From: Candidatus Latescibacterota bacterium
Lineage (GTDB): Bacteria; Latescibacterota; UBA2968
Length of the DNA: 64,000 nucleotides
Direction: 5' to 3'
NCBI GenBank assembly: GCA_965204745.1
Contig: OZ242010.1
Location: 2,368,001 to 2,432,000, forward strand
The stretch's first letter is position 1; every line of letters starts with the position of its first letter. The notes beneath the pieces were generated by a model that was not told the DNA's origin, searched no databases, and was given only the letters and a program-made list of their open reading frames with translations. A program made the translations under genes and the position numbers. Shown in pieces: positions 59,154 through 64,000 of the stretch.

Positions 59154-59357
59154 ATGGGGTCAAATATAGAAGCGATTAAGGCGGCGATTGAAGCCCTGCC
59201 CGAAACGGATTACGCCGCATTGAGGCAATGGTTCAGTGAAAAAGACTGGGAAAATTGGGACAGGCAGATCGAGGCAGACTCCAAATCGGGTAAGTTGGAT
59301 TTTTTGATTGCCGAAGCAAAAACAGAAAAAGAACAGGAAATGCTCAAGGAGCTTTAA
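59154..59357 (+). CDS. Putative antitoxin
   Basis: IEAIKAAIEALPETDYAALRQWF..WDRQIEADSKSGKLD; RBS aaggagg; TAATG coupling to the toxin. Confidence 0.8.
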   Translation: MGSNIEAIKAAIEALPETDYAALRQWFSEKDWENWDRQIEADSKSGKLDFLIAEAKTEKEQEMLKEL

Positions 59358-59617
59358 TGCATCGGACGACAACATACTTTTGGAGAGACTTTGAGAAACT
59401 TCCCGAATCTGTTCAAAAGGTGGCGAGACGAAATTTCCTATTGCTCAAAGCGAATCCAAGGCACCCTTCTTTGCATTTCAAGAAAATTGGTCAATTTTGG
59501 TCCATTCGCGTTGGTATTGCTCACAGAGCACTTGCCGTAGAAGACGGTGAAGATTTTATCTGGGTTTGGATCGGTCATCATGACGAATATCAGCGAATGA
59601 TTGGACAAGACCGTTGA
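59357..59617 (+). CDS. RelE/ParE-superfamily toxin
   Basis: FEKLPESVQ, NPRHPSLHFKK, WSIRVG..HRALA, WVWIGHHDEY. Confidence 0.85.
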   Translation: MHRTTTYFWRDFEKLPESVQKVARRNFLLLKANPRHPSLHFKKIGQFWSIRVGIAHRALAVEDGEDFIWVWIGHHDEYQRMIGQDR

Positions 59618-59642
59618 AGCGATTGCACTCGCCATCAAAACA

Positions 59643-59690
59643 CCGCCCCATCCGAGGTCGCACAAGCGATTTCAGATGGGGCGTTTTGTA
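59643..59690 (+). terminator. Intrinsic terminator hairpin (duplicated at 60288-60335)
   Basis: cgccccatccgaggtcgc / gcgatttcagatggggcg followed by tttt. Confidence 0.7.
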
Positions 59691-59823
59691 GTGGTCAGCG
59701 GTCAGTCCGCACCGCTGATGAACAGACATCGCGAAATTTGGCCTTGTTTTTTGATGCGTTTTTGGGTAAAATTGTCGAGACCATTGCGTAGTTCAATCCA
59801 ACTTCCCAACGAGGAGAGGTGTC

Positions 59824-60246
59824 ATGACAGATGCAGAGAAGATCGCGCAACTCGAGCAGAAGATCGCCGATCAAGATCAACGGCTCGTTGCACAGGATCA
59901 ACGGCTCATTGCCATCGAGAAGAATGGGGCAGTGTCTGGCGAACAGGGCAAGCAGAATGCGAAAGAGATTCTTCGCGTAGAACGGCAAACGACTGACCAG
60001 TTCAAGCAGTTGGTGAACCTGATGAACGAAGGCTTTGCTCGCGTGGAGAACAATATCATTCGCGTGGAGGAACGTATCAACCGCGTGGAGGAGCGTATCA
60101 ACCGCGTGGAGACGAACTTGAAGAACGACATCAACCGCATGGAGGAACGTATCAACCGCGTGGAAGGGCAGATGATCAAATGGCTGACCGTGATCGTTGG
60201 GGTCGCGGTTATCATTATCGGCGCATTGACATACCTCAAGGGGTAA
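59824..60246 (+). CDS. Coiled-coil protein with C-terminal TM anchor, copy 2
   Basis: Same termini as copy 1 but a different internal module order. Confidence 0.85.
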   Translation: MTDAEKIAQLEQKIADQDQRLVAQDQRLIAIEKNGAVSGEQGKQNAKEILRVERQTTDQFKQLVNLMNEGFARVENNIIRVEERINRVEERINRVETNLKNDINRMEERINRVEGQMIKWLTVIVGVAVIIIGALTYLKG

Positions 60247-60357
60247 GCGCGGTTGGTCGCCACTCGGTATTGAGCCACACAACAACACCGCCCCATCCGA
60301 GGTCGCGCAAGCGATTTCAGATGGGGCGTTTTGTATGCACAATTAGACCACAACAGA

Positions 60358-60508
60358 TCATTTTGAAAAATCCCCAGCTTCGTCAAATTGGGGGTTGATA
60401 ACGATCTCACCTTTCGGGTTGATATACCCATACTTGTCACCGATTTCCACCCACGCCAACGCTTCTTCTCCAGAATCGGAGCATCAGGATGTATGACAGG
60501 TTCTTCAT
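60358..60508 (-). pseudogene. Relic of a WG-repeat protein
   Basis: ATG at 60508 (MKNLSYILML), then out of frame ALAWVEIGDKYGYINPKGEIVINPQFDEAGDFSK*. Confidence 0.65.
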
Positions 60509-60753
60509 GACGGTGTCTCTTTCTTGCGATAGCGTCTGTCCCAGGGAATACGGTTGCGGTGAATTTATGGCGGTTTGTGGTGGTGTCAATGGGTATTTCC
60601 CGTTCCGTGGAAATGGAATATTGCGTTTATTTTATTTTTTGTTACACTTCTGCGGTTTGCGGAAATTGGCTTTCATCCTTCGCCGCGCCGCTGGGTGCAA
60701 GGGCAGGCTCTACGGGGGATGGGGCTGACAACTGACAACTGACAACTGCCTTT

Positions 60754-62247
60754 ATGTCCACTCGCAAAGTACTCGTCATAGGGCTGGATTGCGCGCCGCC
60801 GGAATTGATCTTTCATCGGTTTCGGGACGACCTGCCCACCATCCGCAATCTGATGCAGACCGGGGTTTATGGCCCGCTCAACAGCACCATCCCCCCGATC
60901 ACCGTGCCCGCGTGGATGAGCATGCTGACCGGCAAGGACCCCGGTACGCTGGGGTTTTACGGGCTTCGCAACCGTGCGGATTACGCTTATTCCCGCCTGT
61001 CTATCGCCAATTCAACGCTGGTCAATGACGACGCGGTTTGGGACATCCTCTCTGCTGCGGGCAAAAAAGTCATCCTCGTGGGCGTGCCCCAAACTTATCC
61101 GCCCCGCGCGGTCAACGGCTGCCTGATCGCCTCGTTTCTCACGCCGAGCACCAACAGCGCGTACACCTATCCCCCAAGCCTGAAATCCGAAATCGAGCGC
61201 GTGGCCGATAGCTATGTCCTTGACGTGCGGGACTTTCGCACCGAGGACAAAGCGCGATTGCTCCGCGACATTTACACCATGACCGAGAAGCGATTCCGCG
61301 TGACCCGGCACCTCTTGCAAACCCGCGACTGGGACTTTTGCATGCACGTCGAAATGGGCACGGACCGCATCCACCACGGGTTTTGGCGATTTCTCGATCC
61401 CGCCCATCGAAAGTACGAGCCTCATTCCGACTATCAAAACGCCATCCGCGATTACTACCGCTACCTCGACCGGGAAATCGCAACCCTGATCGACCTCGCG
61501 GGCCAAGACGCGGCCATTCTCCTCGTCTCGGACCACGGCGCCAAGCGCATTGACGGCGGCATCTGCATCAACGAATGGCTGATCCGCGAGGGCTATTTGA
61601 CGCCAAAAAAATATCCCCAAACGCCCACGGCACTCGAGGATCTCGAAATCGACTGGACAAAAACCATCGCTTGGGGCGCGGGGGGATATTACGCACGCAT
61701 CTTCTTGAACATCGCCGGGCGCGAGCCAACCGGCATCGTCCCCCCAGAACACTGCGACGCCCTGTGCGACGAACTCGCATCAAAAATCAAAGCCATTCCC
61801 GACGACCGCGGCCATCCCTTGCCCACACGGGTCTTCAAACCCAAAGAAATCTACCACGCGATCACCAATATCCCCCCGGAGTTGATCATCTACTTCGGGG
61901 ACTTGCTCTGGCGATCCGTGGGCACTATCGGGCATCGCACCATTCACACCCTCGAAAACGACACGGGCCCTGACGACGCCAACCACGCCCAACACGGCAT
62001 CTTCATTCTCAACGACGGCACGCACGCAGGAGAACGCGAGCACTTGGACATCCGCGACATCGCCCCGACCATCCTCGGACTCATGGGCATCCCCATTCCC
62101 ACAGACATGCAAGGCCACGCCATCGTCAACACGGCCGCAACACCCGCGCAGGCAGAGCCGCGCCCCTCATCCACGGGCGGCGCGGTTTATACACCAGCCG
62201 AACAAAAAGCCATCGAAGACAGGCTCAAGGCGTTGGGGTATTTGTGA
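60754..62247 (+). CDS. Alkaline-phosphatase-superfamily phosphodiesterase / nucleotide pyrophosphatase
   Basis: VIGLDCA, PPITVPAW..TGKDPG, TDRIHH, VSDHG, DANHAQHG, IEDRLKALGYL. Confidence 0.88.
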   Translation: MSTRKVLVIGLDCAPPELIFHRFRDDLPTIRNLMQTGVYGPLNSTIPPITVPAWMSMLTGKDPGTLGFYGLRNRADYAYSRLSIANSTLVNDDAVWDILSAAGKKVILVGVPQTYPPRAVNGCLIASFLTPSTNSAYTYPPSLKSEIERVADSYVLDVRDFRTEDKARLLRDIYTMTEKRFRVTRHLLQTRDWDFCMHVEMGTDRIHHGFWRFLDPAHRKYEPHSDYQNAIRDYYRYLDREIATLIDLAGQDAAILLVSDHGAKRIDGGICINEWLIREGYLTPKKYPQTPTALEDLEIDWTKTIAWGAGGYYARIFLNIAGREPTGIVPPEHCDALCDELASKIKAIPDDRGHPLPTRVFKPKEIYHAITNIPPELIIYFGDLLWRSVGTIGHRTIHTLENDTGPDDANHAQHGIFILNDGTHAGEREHLDIRDIAPTILGLMGIPIPTDMQGHAIVNTAATPAQAEPRPSSTGGAVYTPAEQKAIEDRLKALGYL

Positions 62248-62450
62248 AAAAAAAAGATGGAAGTTCAGCCACGAGCGGGGTACAACTGGCGACAACCCGT
62301 TCAAAGGCGAGCTGTGTGTAGGGCCGATGCCCCCGTGCTCGCTCAAAGATACAAGAAGTGAAGCATGGCAGAAAACGCACTTGGGTGGACAGGAAAAACC
62401 AAAAAGCCACCGACCTCCTGCTTTTGCCGGAGTGACGGTGGCCTTCTCCT

Positions 62451-62609
62451 TCTCCCGTCTCACCTCTCCCGTCTCACCTCTCCCGTCTCACCTCTCCCGT
62501 CTCACCTCTCCCGTCTCACCTCTCCCGTCTCACCTCTCCCGTCTCACCTCTCCCGTCTCACCTCTCCCGTCTCACCTCTCCCGTCTCACCTCTCCCGTCT
62601 CACCTCTCC
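62451..62609. repeat. Perfect 14-bp tandem repeat (tctcccgtctcacc) x11
   Basis: Units start at 62451 and recur every 14 bp through 62604. Confidence 0.97.
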
Positions 62610-63498
62610 AACCCCACACCCGAAACCTCTCGGGCAACGCGGGCATCCCGCTGTCCTGCGTGGTGACGAAGCCGCCGATGGCATTGGCCTGTTCGGCGCA
62701 GGTTTGTATGGTCGCGCCATTGAGCAAATGCAATGCGAATGCCGCTGTGAACGCATCGCCCGCGCCCACGGTATTGACGACCCGTTGTTTTTTTCCCACG
62801 GCATGGCAAATCCCCGCGTCGCCGATCACGCGGCACCCATCCGCGCCCAGGGTCAGCACCACGCATTGCAGATCAAACCGTGCGCGGAGCGTGGACAAAA
62901 AAGCATCCTCATCGGCGACGCCCCCCACATAATCGCGCAACAGAGGCACTTCCTCGTCATTCAACTTCAGCACATCGGCCCGCACGAGTGAGGACAGCAC
63001 GACATCCTCAGTGTGAAAGTGCTGGCGGAAATTGATGTCGAGCACGCGCAAACACGCAGGCGACGCCGCGTCCAAAAAATTCACAATGGCCCGGCGGCTT
63101 TGCGGATCGCGTTGATCCAGCGTGCCAAAACATATAACGCGAGCAACCCGAGCCAATCGCGCCAATTCCGACTGCCATGTCAGTGCGTCCCAAGCCACAT
63201 CCTCCACGATCTCATACGCCGGTTGCCCATCTTCAAGGGTGACGATCACCCTGCCGGTCGGGCGCTGGGCATGCACCTGCACGGCCTCGGTTGCCACGCC
63301 CCGGGCGTGCAAAATCTCGAGCGCATCCCGACCCATCGCATCGTCTCCCACGCAACTGACCAGTGCGGACTGCGCGCCCAAAGCCGCTGCATGCACGGCA
63401 AAATTGGCCGGCGCGCCCCCCAATCGCGCGCCATCTATAAACACATCCCACAACACGGCGCCGAGGGCGACTACAAAGGGAGGTTCGCCCTGCATCAC
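62572..63498 (-). CDS. PfkB-family carbohydrate kinase (fructokinase-like)
   Basis: GGAPANFA, VGDD..G, DINFR, KLNDEE, TLGADG, NTVGAGDAF. Confidence 0.92.
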   Translation of the reverse strand: MMQGEPPFVVALGAVLWDVFIDGARLGGAPANFAVHAAALGAQSALVSCVGDDAMGRDALEILHARGVATEAVQVHAQRPTGRVIVTLEDGQPAYEIVEDVAWDALTWQSELARLARVARVICFGTLDQRDPQSRRAIVNFLDAASPACLRVLDINFRQHFHTEDVVLSSLVRADVLKLNDEEVPLLRDYVGGVADEDAFLSTLRARFDLQCVVLTLGADGCRVIGDAGICHAVGKKQRVVNTVGAGDAFTAAFALHLLNGATIQTCAEQANAIGGFVTTQDSGMPALPERFRVWGWRGETGEVRRER

Positions 63499-64000
63499 CG
63501 CGCAACCTTCACGGCCTTTTTCGCCGCGGCCGAGCGGTACGCGGCTTCGGAAAACCGAGCGACTTGCAGCGCGAAATCCGGGGGCGAATACCCCTGCCCG
63601 TCACTGCGGATCAAATCGAAAAACACCTGATCCGGCGTCGTATCGGAAATTTCCGGGGGAATCTCGAGCGGCGCGTCATTGTGCAACACGGATTGCACCT
63701 GCCAGTTGTGGAGGTGGAACACCAAACAACCCTCGCTCCCGTGAATCGCCACGCGCTCGTCGTGCTGCGCCGCATTGCCAAACGTATTCAGCGTACCCGA
63801 GCCCCCGCCTTTGAACCGCACATTGACCACCATATTCGTATCCACGGCTTTGCCCGCGTTCTCCGTAAAGGCCGACAGCTCCACCGGTTGCAAGCCGGTC
63901 ATCCACAACACCGAGGCCACGAGGTGGCTACCCGTGTCCATGAACATCCCCCCGCCGGATAGGTCCGGGTCCAACCGCCAACCGCGGATCTGCCCCCAAT
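63495..64000 (-). CDS. Gfo/Idh/MocA oxidoreductase, C-terminal part (5' end outside the window)
   Basis: DPDLSGGGMFMDTGSH, IHGSEG, EAAYRSA. Confidence 0.85.
   Translation of the reverse strand, partial: WGQIRGWRLDPDLSGGGMFMDTGSHLVASVLWMTGLQPVELSAFTENAGKAVDTNMVVNVRFKGGGSGTLNTFGNAAQHDERVAIHGSEGCLVFHLHNWQVQSVLHNDAPLEIPPEISDTTPDQVFFDLIRSDGQGYSPPDFALQVARFSEAAYRSAAAKKAVKVAR

Larger units (their letters stand above)
58538..60335. repeat. Direct duplication: 58538-59082 matches 59713-60266, and hairpin 59639-59690 matches 60284-60335
   Basis: Near-identical 5' region, CDS and downstream hairpin. Confidence 0.95.

Noticed and set aside
58538-60266. Possible diversity-generating retroelement template/variable pair
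   Set aside because: Both copies are complete genes, differences are mainly module-level rather than adenine-specific, and there is no reverse transcriptase.

Overview
This is a GC-rich bacterial chromosomal window. Its gene content (GWxTD protein, C25 peptidase with FlgD-Ig tail, EF-hand/dockerin-like tails, several PhyH dioxygenases and sulfatases, a giant FN3/Calx-beta adhesin) suggests an FCB-group lineage such as Latescibacterota or Gemmatimonadota, possibly host- or sponge-associated; this is inference. The core genes are a deoxynucleoside kinase, panB, panC, sodA, a peroxiredoxin, an A-type Fe-S carrier, rny, an IscU-like protein, queG, miaB, lipA, a fused IOR-family oxidoreductase, a hydroxypyruvate reductase, sthA, tmRNA (ssrA), hemJ and queC. 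The best candidate for an undescribed system is a lower-GC 3.3-kb block (17515-20870) bounded by a perfect 18-bp direct repeat. It carries an anchorless TerB+J-domain protein, a Cys-rich/HNH-like/membrane protein and a glycine-zipper protein. Other accessory content includes an RloA/RloB (AbiL-like) pair, a duplicated coiled-coil gene with shuffled 7/11-aa modules enclosing a toxin-antitoxin pair, and several small gene relics. Intergenic DNA is built from at least six short-repeat families. No CRISPR array, integrase, transposase, rRNA or tRNA was seen. All family assignments come from motif recognition by eye, not database searches.
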